64,000 nt of DNA from Eukaryota sp. TZLM1-RC (lineage: Eukaryota; Protista; Metamonada: BaSk clade), in assembly GCA_040285825.1 (NCBI GenBank), contig JAUPSS010000004.1:4741784-4805783 (forward strand). The letters run 5' to 3'. The notes under the pieces were generated by a model. It saw nothing but the letters and a program-made list of their open reading frames with translations. It made no database searches and was not told where the DNA came from. Positions 1 to 9,779 of this stretch are shown here, one piece after another. The number at the start of each line of letters is the position of its first letter. The stretch's first letter is position 1. Made by a program: the position numbers and the translations under genes.

Positions 1-2
1 CA

Positions 3-2789
3 ATTCTTTTGGGAATTGGAGAGAATCCTGCTGAAGAAACTGATAGGTCTGACCTTACGGTCAATGAGAGGAGTGCCATTGTGTTCACAAGGATCATATT
101 CTTCCCAAATGACGCCGCCAATAGCAATGTCTGATGCGTCACAACTGATAAGGACACGGTTATCTGCTGGGGATAAACTCAATGGCATATTCTCCTTTAC
201 GAGCTGCTTAATTTTGTTGAAGCGGAGTTCATGATCTGAGGTCCACTCGATACGGCGAGGGTTTCCTCTGGTAAGCTCGATGATGGGTGATATGATTTCG
301 GATACCGAAGGCAGCCAGTCTCTAATGTAGTTGATGGATCCTACAAAGCTTCTGACGTCTTTCACTGTCTTGGGAGCTGGAAGCTCGACTAGTCCAGTTA
401 GTCGTGAGGGATCGATTTGGCGTGTACCGTTGACGAAGATACTACCAAGAATCTTGATTTCATGATCTTTAGACTTGAAATGGCATTTTGGTAGGCCAAG
501 GCTGACCCGCTTCTCTTTAGCGCGGAAGAGGACGGCTTTGAGCCTGTCGATGAATTGAGGAAGGGTATTACCTATGATAATGATATCGTCGATGTAGATA
601 AACACGCCTTCGATGCTAAAGATGTTGGACATTACATTTTGAAACACTGCGGGGACGTTCTTGAGACCGAAACATGCCCTGTTGAAGCTGATACTGCGAC
701 CAGGAATGCTGAGGGTGGTTTTCTCGATGTCTCTTTCGTTGATCTTGAGTTGCCAAAATGCTTTTGGGAGATCAAGTGTTCCAATGTAATTGGCTTGAGA
801 TAAGAACTCTAATACATCAGAGATCTTTGGAAGGTTTGGAGCAATGGGGATAGTGTTTGCATTGACTCCGTTCGGGCCACTGAAGTCGCCTGTAAGACGT
901 GGTTTCCGATGATCCGGATAAACTACAAAAACGACTGGGGAGCTGAATCTACCGTTGGATTCTGTGGCGAAACCAGATTCGATTAACTCATCGAAGATTT
1001 GGTTGGCGATTTTGAGTCGTTCAGGGTTTAACCTGCGAGGTAGACGATAAACAACAGTGTCTTCATCGTAGAAATCGATGTCCATGGGGTTACAGTCGAT
1101 GCCGTCTTCATGGGGTTTCAACGTGAAAACATCTTTGAACTCTTCAAGAGTTGCGAGGAGCTGTTGATTTTCTGATTGATTGTTGAGCTTTATTTGACAA
1201 CCTGACGAGTTGACGTGATCTTTGAATGTTTTTGACACCTTGAGGTCAGATATCTGTGAAATTCTGTGGTCAAACTCAGATTCAGGTAACATTAGTGTTC
1301 TGTGAAGCTCATCGAGATGAATGTATACCCTGTCGTTGTTCATGAGGCCGAGTTCATATAGGATGTCTATTCCTATAATTAGAATGTTGTTGCCTGGAAC
1401 GATTGGTAACGATTTGGTAAGATGCACAACTTTGGCAATGCTACCGACATGGAAGGATAGGATTCCTTTGGCATTGCCATCAGAGTTTGATGGTTCTCCG
1501 TTAACACCAATGAATTTGACAGATTCAGAGCTGTGTTCCATCTTGCATTTTGTGGATAGGTCTCTTGAGATGACTGATATGGATGCTCCACTATCAATGA
1601 GACCAGATACCTCTATGTTATTAATCTGTAACCAGAGTTCTATAAACTTGGGACAATTAATTGATTTATTGGCACAAACAGAAGACAGACTAAATATTCT
1701 ATTGATAATCGAAGATTCAGCGTGGGGATCAGATGTGCTCAATGGATTTAGGAGGCGTTTGGAGGGATTTCGAGTGATTGTAGGGAAACAGCGAAAGGGG
1801 CTGTCCCTGATTTTGGTGGTGGACTCGAATGTTTTAGGCATGCTAAGAGAGTCGAAATCCACCGCGTTAGATGGGAGAAGGATGGGAAGAGAAGTGTCGA
1901 GATCCGAAACGGACAAATCTCCAGAGAGGGGTTTGGGGATGGAGGGATCAGGAGAGAGAACTTGACTCCTGGGTACCCAGAAAACGCATGGGTTACCGTC
2001 TTTATCCTCACCATGAACTGCTACTTTCTCTTGACGAGAAGGTGTGGGAGTGGTTTCGGGATTGGCTGAGAGTCTTCTGAGAGTAGGAGGGTTTTCCAAC
2101 GAGTTCCATACTCTCGAGAGCTCCTGACCGTAAGCACTACGAGCGGCGAAAACTTGGCCGGGATTAGGTTCGACTGCTGATTCTCTATCCAAACGGAATG
2201 GATAGAAGTCCATGAGACAATCCGGATCTGGATGGGTCAATGGATCATAGGGTTGGGGCATCAGCAAGAACTTGAAGTGGTCTCCATCTCCTTCAACTGA
2301 AGGAATCCGAGGATGAGACTCGTTTAGGAACATCTGAATCATGAACTGCTCGAAGTGGTCCTTGGGAGCACGAGTAGCAAGTTCCACCTTCAAAGCGAGT
2401 AGATCCAGGAAGTTCCATAGTTCTAAATCCCTACGGAATTTCTCAATGGTATACTGCCACTTGAATTTAGTAGGAGTAGATACCTTGGGAGAAGTAAAGG
2501 AGGGACGAACCTGACCAGTAGAGTCTGTCAACTCCTTGGAAGCCGTGGAGGTAGACTCCCCTTTCGAGGTGTCTGCGTTGGCTTCTTCAGGAGAAGAAGA
2601 ATCCTTGGCGGGAGTGAGAGGGTCCCCCTCTGAGTCCTGAGGATTGTTGGCGAGATGGGAGGCGGAATCCCTACGGCCGAGATTGGGGTTGGTTTCACCC
2701 GAAGGTGAGGCAGTATCCAGAGAAGCCTGTTGTTCGTTAGCCGGAGAACGACCAATAATTATTGTTGCCTGTGGGCTAGAGTCAGACAT
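3..2789 (-). CDS. G1 polyprotein (N-terminal Ser/Pro-rich region, aspartic protease, RT, RNase H); partial, continues past base 1
   Basis: Manual translation from ATG 2789 (MSDSSPQAT...) shows no stop. Motifs: GLIDSGAS (protease), TLDLPKAFWQL, FGLKNVPAVFQ, FIYIDDII (RT), CDASDIAIGG and RPISFFSRIL (RNase H). Absent from the ORF track, probably because it has no stop inside the window. Confidence 0.88.
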   Translation of the reverse strand, partial: MSDSSPQATIIIGRSPANEQQASLDTASPSGETNPNLGRRDSASHLANNPQDSEGDPLTPAKDSSSPEEANADTSKGESTSTASKELTDSTGQVRPSFTSPKVSTPTKFKWQYTIEKFRRDLELWNFLDLLALKVELATRAPKDHFEQFMIQMFLNESHPRIPSVEGDGDHFKFLLMPQPYDPLTHPDPDCLMDFYPFRLDRESAVEPNPGQVFAARSAYGQELSRVWNSLENPPTLRRLSANPETTPTPSRQEKVAVHGEDKDGNPCVFWVPRSQVLSPDPSIPKPLSGDLSVSDLDTSLPILLPSNAVDFDSLSMPKTFESTTKIRDSPFRCFPTITRNPSKRLLNPLSTSDPHAESSIINRIFSLSSVCANKSINCPKFIELWLQINNIEVSGLIDSGASISVISRDLSTKCKMEHSSESVKFIGVNGEPSNSDGNAKGILSFHVGSIAKVVHLTKSLPIVPGNNILIIGIDILYELGLMNNDRVYIHLDELHRTLMLPESEFDHRISQISDLKVSKTFKDHVNSSGCQIKLNNQSENQQLLATLEEFKDVFTLKPHEDGIDCNPMDIDFYDEDTVVYRLPRRLNPERLKIANQIFDELIESGFATESNGRFSSPVVFVVYPDHRKPRLTGDFSGPNGVNANTIPIAPNLPKISDVLEFLSQANYIGTLDLPKAFWQLKINERDIEKTTLSIPGRSISFNRACFGLKNVPAVFQNVMSNIFSIEGVFIYIDDIIIIGNTLPQFIDRLKAVLFRAKEKRVSLGLPKCHFKSKDHEIKILGSIFVNGTRQIDPSRLTGLVELPAPKTVKDVRSFVGSINYIRDWLPSVSEIISPIIELTRGNPRRIEWTSDHELRFNKIKQLVKENMPLSLSPADNRVLISCDASDIAIGGVIWEEYDPCEHNGTPLIDRKVRPISFFSRILSNSQKN

Positions 2790-2858
2790 ATATGTGAACA
2801 GATAGTAATTTTATTACGACGAGAAATGAGCTATAGTGAATTTCAATACCATCACTAG

Positions 2859-2952
2859 TGAGGTCTCCATGAATAAACAATGAACATTAAGCTAATAAAC
2901 AAGAACAAATAGATAAGTCTATCTACACTCTAGAATAGTGTAAAGACTAACA
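2859..2952 (-). repeat. Putative 5' LTR of G1 (about 94 bp, TGTTAG...CCTCA)
   Basis: Starts with TG exactly at the junction with CRE-A sequence and ends TCA before CTAGTGATGG. Partner LTR is outside the window. Confidence 0.6.
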
Positions 2953-3123
2953 CACGGATTCAATTTGCCATTATTAATAGATTACCGCGGTTTTTCAATC
3001 GAATTAGAGAAGCTTTAGCTAGACAGCAAGCAAATCAAGATTTTGTAGAGGAAATCTTGGTTCAATGATAGTCGTCCCATTAGTTATGAGTTAATTTAAT
3101 TAAGTGTGCAAATTCAATAAATA
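2953..3123 (+). mobile_element. CRE-A 3' terminal fragment (interrupted by G1)
   Basis: Near-identical to the 3' ends of the other CRE-A copies (RIQFAIINRLPRFF... through GTGCAAATTCAATAAATA). Confidence 0.93.
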
Positions 3124-3290
3124 GATTTTGAAATGCATACTTTTGTCAAGCATCATTCAAACTTATTCCAAGAACTTTCATCCTTGGTGAGATCGTCCAC
3201 AGACGTTCTAAAATCCTCGAATAATTGGCCACCAATCTCAGTGAGCCCATTTCTCCTCTAGAACAATACGTAGCTTTGAAGCTAGTTTCT
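3124..3290 (-). ncRNA. Putative omega-RNA scaffold of Fanzor family 1, copy 1
   Basis: Non-coding segment directly 3' of the Fanzor ORF, conserved with 40730-40891. Contains CGTC-TGTG-GACG and CCAAGGAT-GAAA-GTTCTTGG hairpins inside an ATTATTCGAG/TTTGAATGAT stem. Confidence 0.6.
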
Positions 3291-4760
3291 TTGTGGTCTC
3301 TGGAACGCTTCTGGTCCATAGCAGTACTCACTCATTGCAATTTCTAGCTGATTTAGTGATGCAGAAATGTCTCTAGACCAAACTTGATTACATTCCGGAC
3401 AACTGAAATAGGCGTTGTGAACTTTAACTGCACCATCAACTTCGCGATAGATCTTTTGGTGTAGCATCTTACAGCAGTTCACCTTTGCAGATGTCATATA
3501 TTCATCTCCGATCTTCACATTAGCAAATGAACATTGTAACAACTTGAGAAACGCCTTACGTGGAGTTTTCACTTTCTGACGTGATGTACCACCACCTCCA
3601 TTGCCAAACCACACCTTTACTTCTCGACCGTTTGCAAGTTTTTTCACTTTGTTGATAATGGAGCTGAATCTTTTTTGTTTTTTTATAAAGAAGTCAAATG
3701 TGTTTCTCCTCAATGCTTTTCGAGCACTCAGATATAATTGCTGCTTTAGCAATGATCGTCTTACGTTATTACCTTCTTAGTCCTTATAGTCACCTATAGT
3801 TGATATTTCAAGCAGATAATGGTTCAATTTCTGCACGTCATAAACATCTATTGATGAGTGGGTTAGTGAAGCGGAGTGATTGATTTTTCGTTGCTTTGGT
3901 GCCAAAAAGATATTGGATATGGTTGGCCCTGTTCTGGTCTTGAAACTAGACATCTGAATACTTATTATTTCCTTGTCTCTCTACTTCATACTCTTCACCC
4001 TCTTTCTACTCATCTTTCCTCCATAGAAGATGTTCCTCCTGTCTTCACTTGTATTACCATCAGTTGTCAATATACACCCTTACACCTTTGGTATCGTTTG
4101 TTCACTCTCTACGAATCAACTCACTCCAATCTTAATCAAATCAGTCTAACCTACTCCTGATATACATAAAGTAGTTGTCGGTTTGGACTTAAATGCAAGA
4201 AGTGTTTTTCAACTTGTTGACTGAAAGAAATAAAACCTGGTGAGTAGCTTGCGGATGGAGCGAGAGCGTGTCTCTTCATTGTTTCACCGGCCATGTTCTC
4301 CAGGAAGGACAAAATACCGAGGCCGGCGGAGAAGATAAAGGTCATCGATTCAGCGTTCAGTTGGATGTCAACTCTTTCTAGGAGGGCTTGGAACCTAGCA
4401 GGGTCACCTACTTGTTTGTTAAATAAATCAGTTATGTGAGCATGATGTTGCTCATACCAACCAAGTAGCTGCTCTGAAACCGCGAAATCTTTAAGAACGG
4501 CAGCAGCATATCCTTTCGGAGCTGGACAGTCAAAGAAGACTGCCATTGTTTTGTAAAAGTTAAGCTTCCATACAACTGGGCCATCTCTCATTATTTGACA
4601 GAAGCTGTTCGCCATTTGGAGTGCGCGAAAGCTTCGAATGTCAGAATGGCACCAGTTTTCAGTCCTTTTATCACAACCCAGAGGGGTCAGATGAAATTTT
4701 TGCCCCAGTAAGCCTTCAATTTGTCAATAGTGGCTCGAAAATCCTTTTCAAACTCAAGAA
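3282..4760 (-). pseudogene. Fanzor1 (TnpB-like RNA-guided nuclease), family 1 copy 1, fragmented
   Basis: 3282-3752 has VWFGNG...P...GDEYMTSAK (Fanzor1-type RuvC-II Glu), CC...CPEC zinc finger and WSRDISASLN (RuvC-III). 4151-4615 has KRHALAPSASYSPGFISF, and an ILTTDG motif lies near 4060. Stops and frameshifts are present; no clear RuvC-I. Confidence 0.8.
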
Positions 4761-4764
4761 GTAT

Positions 4765-5755
4765 TCAATGCTATTGCTAAATTGCCAAAAGGAAAAGCCG
4801 CTGGTCCTTCTGGCATTTCCTTTGATTTGTTAAAAACTGCTTGTAAGAATGATCCTGAAATTTCTGAGGAACTTGCCGTCTACTTTCAAAAATTGATGTG
4901 TTTGGATTATGTTCCTCCGCCTGAATTGCCTGCTGCCCGTTCAGTTGCTTTAGTAAACCTGGAAAAAGTAACAAACCTGATGGAGTTTGACCAATTGCTA
5001 TTGGAGAGTCTTTAACCAGATTGCTTTCTTCGCTTATTTTTAACAGAATTTCTACTAAAGCAAGGGACTAATTGAAGCCTTTCCGATTTGGTATTAATAT
5101 TATTGAAGATGCTTCTATTGCTTCAATGACTTCAGATGTTTTTTTCAATAGTCAGCAACATCAATATCTTTTTAATTTATCAAAATTAATCCTTGATGAC
5201 TCCAATATTGATAGTACGCGCTACAACAGAGCTTCTATGGGTCTGACAAGAGGTGATTTGGTTGTTCCCAACTTAAATGGTAGTTCTACTATTTTAAACG
5301 CCATGTACATTGACCCTTGTAATACTTCTAACGAACATTTCATTAACTCAGATGTAAATAATCCTCTTTTTGCTGGCGAAAAATATAAAATTGCTAAATA
5401 TGCGAAACCCATTTCCTCAGTTAATGAAAATTCTCATGCCCAATATAATTTATGTCCCTTTGTTTTTTCTTTGCTTGTATCTCTAGGTAAGGCTGCTATG
5501 GCTTTCGTGGAGGATTCTGTTGTAGTTGTAAAGGAAAGAACTGGAAGAATTTTCAATCGTGTTTACTAACAAAACAGGATTGTTTTTTCTATTTTTAAGG
5601 GAATGGTAAAACTGATTTCTGATTCGCTTTCTTTTTTTGGGAAATTTTCTGAAGCTTTAGCAATTTATTGTTTTGAGATAAGGGAGGCAGATTTTGAGGG
5701 TGTGATTTTTTAATTGTGTATTTCATGTTTTCATATTGTTTATTCAATGAATAAA
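4765..5755 (+). mobile_element. Degenerate CRE-like non-LTR retrotransposon (CRE-B group), internally deleted
   Basis: LPKGKAAGPSGISFDLLK (RT N-terminal motif), then RGDLVV, KYKIAKY and LCPFVFS (RLE endonuclease motifs). Ends in AATAAA. Confidence 0.75.
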
Positions 5756-5846
5756 CAAAGTTTTAAATAGAAGAACAGGCAAACAAAAGTCGAAAATGGG
5801 GTGACAAGTGTAAAATTTGATAGATGAGCTGTGTATTCTCACTACA

Positions 5847-7660
5847 TGTCAGACACCCACTCTGTGTTATGTGTATTCACTCGGTCTTGTGCACTTAACT
5901 CGCTGATGACCCCTGCAGTGGTGCAACAAATTCGGACCGACCTTCCTTTGATCACCGAGATTTGTCATGAAGCTTCTTTATTGCTTCAATCTTTTCTTCT
6001 AAATTTTCCGTTGGTATCTATAGCTTTAGTGGAACAGGATGTATGGTATCTTTTTATGACCGTCGTCACCACTGGTTCTTTTTTAAAGCCATCCACCTGC
6101 AAAGAACAACGTCAATTACTTCGTATCTTTTACAGTGGATTTTTACCTGAATGTCCACAAGACAGGTCTCTTGTTTCTTCATGGGAAAATACTTTAGTGC
6201 CTTATAGTATTTTATTCAATGTTTTTCTCAATAATTGACTGCAGTTTCAGAAATGTAATTTTATTAATAGAAAAAGGCTTTCTCCTTACCTTGCTTGTCG
6301 GGCTCGTCAATTGGTGTCTAACGTTAAGACAAGTTTACCTAAAATTTGTCAATCCTGGACAAAAAACTTTATTCGTGGTCATTGTAGAGCTCCAGATAAA
6401 ACGATTTTCTGTGCCAATTATCTTCTCTTTCTTATACCAGATGAACCCTTAGCCCAACCCGAAGAAGTAGTTGTTGATTCTGTTCTCGAACACTACATCA
6501 ATTTCAATCTGAATAATTCAAGAGAAAGATTGTTTTTATTAAATGCATGTAAGTTTATCTTGAATCTCCTTCAAAGATTTCCTGCCACTGCTTCTCTACT
6601 GTCTTCACATGATAAAATCACCTTTTCATCACAGGAAATTGGTGAGCTTTTTCTCTTTAATCTTAAAATTTCACAATACTTACTCACTTTCTTTTCTCAT
6701 GTGCATTGCTGGAAGAAATTTAGAATAATACCTTTAACTTCTCATAAAGGTACTAAATTTGATGAGGTACCTTCACAAATTTTCCACCCTGTGAAAAAAT
6801 TCCAACTTATTGAAGGATCATCTTCCCAAACAAAGTTCATCAAAAATACATGTTTGAAACGAATATTCAAACAATGTCCTTACCAAAAATTTAATATCAA
6901 CAGAAAAAGTTTGAAAAATAGATTTAAAAAATTTTTATTGAATACTAATGGTAGTGAACTGCTTTTGACCTTTGAAGGTAAAAATAATGACTCAGAAAAC
7001 ACAGATGAGCTGGATGAACCACCGAAAAAAACGAAGATCGGAAAAAGAAATGAAAAGTGACCCTGATGCCAACAAAACCAGAGAAACACAGTTGAAGGAC
7101 ACTCAAAAAATGCCCCATCGAAGACGTAGACATCCAGTCGAAATTTTACCTGAAATGCTCCTTATTGGCGTTGATCTGACAACAATCTAGATTATGTGGT
7201 TACTTCTTAACTGATGATCAATGTGGAGTTATCCCTTGTCTAACTGGCAGGAGATACACGACAAAACCTTCATTCAGTAAGAACTCTCCCAACCAATATT
7301 CCGTTCAAAATTTCAACCAACATTTGAGCCATTGGAATTTGGTCAGGAGGAAAGTGTATTAATTTTCCTTCTCATTGCCGAAAAGTCAATTGATATGGAT
7401 CAGCAAGGGCTTTCAGAAAATGGTTGTGTTATCAAAAGGACGTGAAGCACTTGTCAACCAGTGAGTTTAATACAAGCAAACTATCCAGTTTTTGCATGGC
7501 CGAGAATATTCAAGCAGGCTCATGGCAGATGCGTATTTGTACGGAGTGTCAAGTAGTATATGACAGAGAGATTTTCACTGCAAAAAATATTCAAATTAAG
7601 AAGAAAGCGGAATTGTGGCCGGAAAGATACATTTGCCCAGAGGCTTTGTTGAGGAAATGA
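5847..7660 (+). pseudogene. Fanzor1 family 2, near full length but frameshifted
   Basis: Collinear motifs across ORF fragments: CALNSLM...ITEICHEASLLL (N-terminus), KKFRIIPLTS, LNTNGSELLLTF, LLIGVDL (RuvC-I, about 7170), SEFNTSKLSSFC (RuvC-II), ICTECQVVYDREIFTAKNI (zinc finger and RuvC-III, with D changed to E). Confidence 0.8.
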
Positions 7661-7758
7661 ATGGGGAACCTGAGCATACAGAAACAAAAACTTTGGGAGA
7701 ACTGATATTTTTTTTGAGTTTTTTATTATTTTTATTTTTTTGAAAAACTTATGAGACC

Positions 7759-7945
7759 GATCTACAAATACTTCAGTAGCATTTGGTAGATCCACTTAGA
7801 TACATCAAGTCGCGAGGCTTTGTTCTGTGAAAGCAGTAGGTGTATTTAAGTGAGGTAGCCCACTGATGAAGATCATGATTGTCTTTGTCAAATGACGCTA
7901 CATGTCTCTTACAGCCTGTGAGTAGACGTTGAGAAAGTTGAAAAC
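7759..7945 (+). ncRNA. Putative omega-RNA scaffold of Fanzor family 2
   Basis: Four abutting helical domains whose G-U pairs form only on the + strand, plus two GNRA tetraloops (GCGA, GAAA). Lies about 100 nt downstream of the Fanzor stop. Confidence 0.68.
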
Positions 7946-7988
7946 AGGAGTGAATTTTACAGGGGAATGAAATTCACATTAAGACTCA

Positions 7989-9554
7989 ATGCCATCACCT
8001 GGTGATGCTTCAGTACTGGTGCAGCAACATGAAGCTAACATAAACAATCAGCTCAAGAATCAACAGGCTAACATACACCGACTCAACAAAGACAATGCTT
8101 GGAGTTATACTCTGGTTGATCACTTAGACAAAGTTGCTGTTATCTCTCTTGAAGCTCAAGATCGTGCAAATCAGTTCAAAAAAGCCTCTGTTACAATTGA
8201 TAATTCAACAAAGATCTATTCCAATCGTGTTGACTCTGTGTATTCTACTGCCACTAGAACAGCGGAATTGATTTCACAATCTTCCCTTCAAACCACTAAA
8301 ACCAAGAAAGGTAAGAAATCCAAGTCAAAGACGAGTCATTGTGCAAAGCGCGAAGTCATTACTCACAGTGCCCCCGAAGATCTTGTAGTTCCATTATCCT
8401 TCATTGCAAAATCTCATCATTCAGGAATTTTCTCTGATATTCCTTCCCGTCTCGGATATCCCCTCCTCAATGATCGAATGGCTGAAAATGTTTATCCTCT
8501 CAACATGAAGATTTTCCATCAAGAATGTTTAAACTTTGGTTTTGATTCGCGTGAGGTTTTAGATGTCGAGCTAATGAAACAATTACCTCCTTTATTTGAT
8601 GGTTCAGTTAATCTTGAATTCAACCCTGAAAAAACTAGCAAACTGCATGGATACATCATTAAGAAGACCATTAATCAAGTTGATGACGAACAACATGATC
8701 AAATGACTGATGATTTGATTGATCAACCACATGTTGATATCCCAGTCGATGTTCCAATGGATGGAGAAGAAGTTGAATCAGTTGAAGATGCTCTATCAAA
8801 ACTTTCCCTTTTTGGTGATGATAATGATCCTGAACCATTTAATCCTTCCACCTTGGATGATGTGTTTGTGGTGGATGCAGAATCAGCTAGGAATTTACAG
8901 GCAGCTGAAAAGGGGCAATGTTTGAATGGTGTTGATTTTGAAAAAGTTGTCAAAAGTTTCAAGAAGTTCAAACATGATGCAAAATCGGTATCTAAACCTA
9001 AAAGAAGACGTGCTGTAGTAGAATTTAAACCAAACCTTGAAATTACAACAGAAGAATTATTTGGTATAAAAAAGAAAAGAAAATCACGGAAAAGGAAGGT
9101 TGTTTTGCCAAATATACGAAAAATCAACACTTCCAAAACTTTAAATGATTTCAGCAGTGAGGCCAATAACCTCTGTTCCAAGTGTCAATGGATGGAAGTC
9201 AACATTAACCATGAAGATGACTGTTTTGAATTAGATGATGTTGAAATTGATCACGAAGCTCAGTGGAATACTGTCGCTTCTCCTACTAACGATACAATGA
9301 AAGGAACTGGTAATGTGGTTGGTCTGTCAAGCAAGACTGTCAAGATTTCACAATTAAAAGAGCAATTAGATGTGGAATTGAATAGAGAAGAGGAAAATGA
9401 AATTGAGTTTTCTACAGTTTCCTCAAGAATCACTCATCTTGCTCCTAGTGCCACCGTTCAATTGAATTTTATTTGTCTTTTACATTTGTGTAATGAAAAA
9501 GGAATACGATTAAGTTCTACCTCCGATTTCAAGGATTTAACGATACGTAAATAG
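7989..9554 (+). CDS. NCAPH: Condensin I kleisin subunit (CAP-H/Barren/Brn1)
   Basis: N-terminal LNKDNAW...FKKASVTIDNSTKIYSNRVDSVY and C-terminal FICLLHLCNEKG kleisin motifs. Confidence 0.88.
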   Translation: MPSPGDASVLVQQHEANINNQLKNQQANIHRLNKDNAWSYTLVDHLDKVAVISLEAQDRANQFKKASVTIDNSTKIYSNRVDSVYSTATRTAELISQSSLQTTKTKKGKKSKSKTSHCAKREVITHSAPEDLVVPLSFIAKSHHSGIFSDIPSRLGYPLLNDRMAENVYPLNMKIFHQECLNFGFDSREVLDVELMKQLPPLFDGSVNLEFNPEKTSKLHGYIIKKTINQVDDEQHDQMTDDLIDQPHVDIPVDVPMDGEEVESVEDALSKLSLFGDDNDPEPFNPSTLDDVFVVDAESARNLQAAEKGQCLNGVDFEKVVKSFKKFKHDAKSVSKPKRRRAVVEFKPNLEITTEELFGIKKKRKSRKRKVVLPNIRKINTSKTLNDFSSEANNLCSKCQWMEVNINHEDDCFELDDVEIDHEAQWNTVASPTNDTMKGTGNVVGLSSKTVKISQLKEQLDVELNREEENEIEFSTVSSRITHLAPSATVQLNFICLLHLCNEKGIRLSSTSDFKDLTIRK

Positions 9555-9779
9555 AATTGTTTTGTAAATTAATATATTTTACATTTCTTAATGGAATCTT
9601 TGAGGATTTTTGTTATGAATCATTATGCTTAAAATTTAAATTTCAATATTTGCTGACATCATTGATTTCATCGACAAAAATTGTTGCCTTCAGCTAAAAC
9701 ATCAATTTCTATTGTTAGTGAAACCAAAAATACTTCGCCTTGCAAAAAATAATTATTAATTATATATTATATATTTCAA

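Larger units (their letters stand above)
1..2952 (-). mobile_element. Ty3/gypsy LTR retrotransposon G1 (5' part; runs off the left edge of the window)
   Basis: Putative 5' LTR at 2859-2952 followed by one long minus-strand ORF with protease, RT and RNase H motifs. It abuts a CRE-A 3' fragment at 2953. Confidence 0.92.

Noticed and set aside
1321-1965. Plus-strand ORFs over G1, and similar antisense ORFs such as 8723-9181, 21414-22040 and 45025-45639
   Set aside because: Shadow frames opposite well-supported genes.
7862-7900. Hammerhead ribozyme (CTGATGA here and at about 61225)
   Set aside because: No stem II followed by GAAA in the required position, and the motif is paired within a stem.
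5809-7961. TGTAAAATT/AATTTTACA as TIRs of the family 2 Fanzor element
   Set aside because: Only 9 bp of AT-rich sequence with no TSD; similar words are common upstream of host genes.
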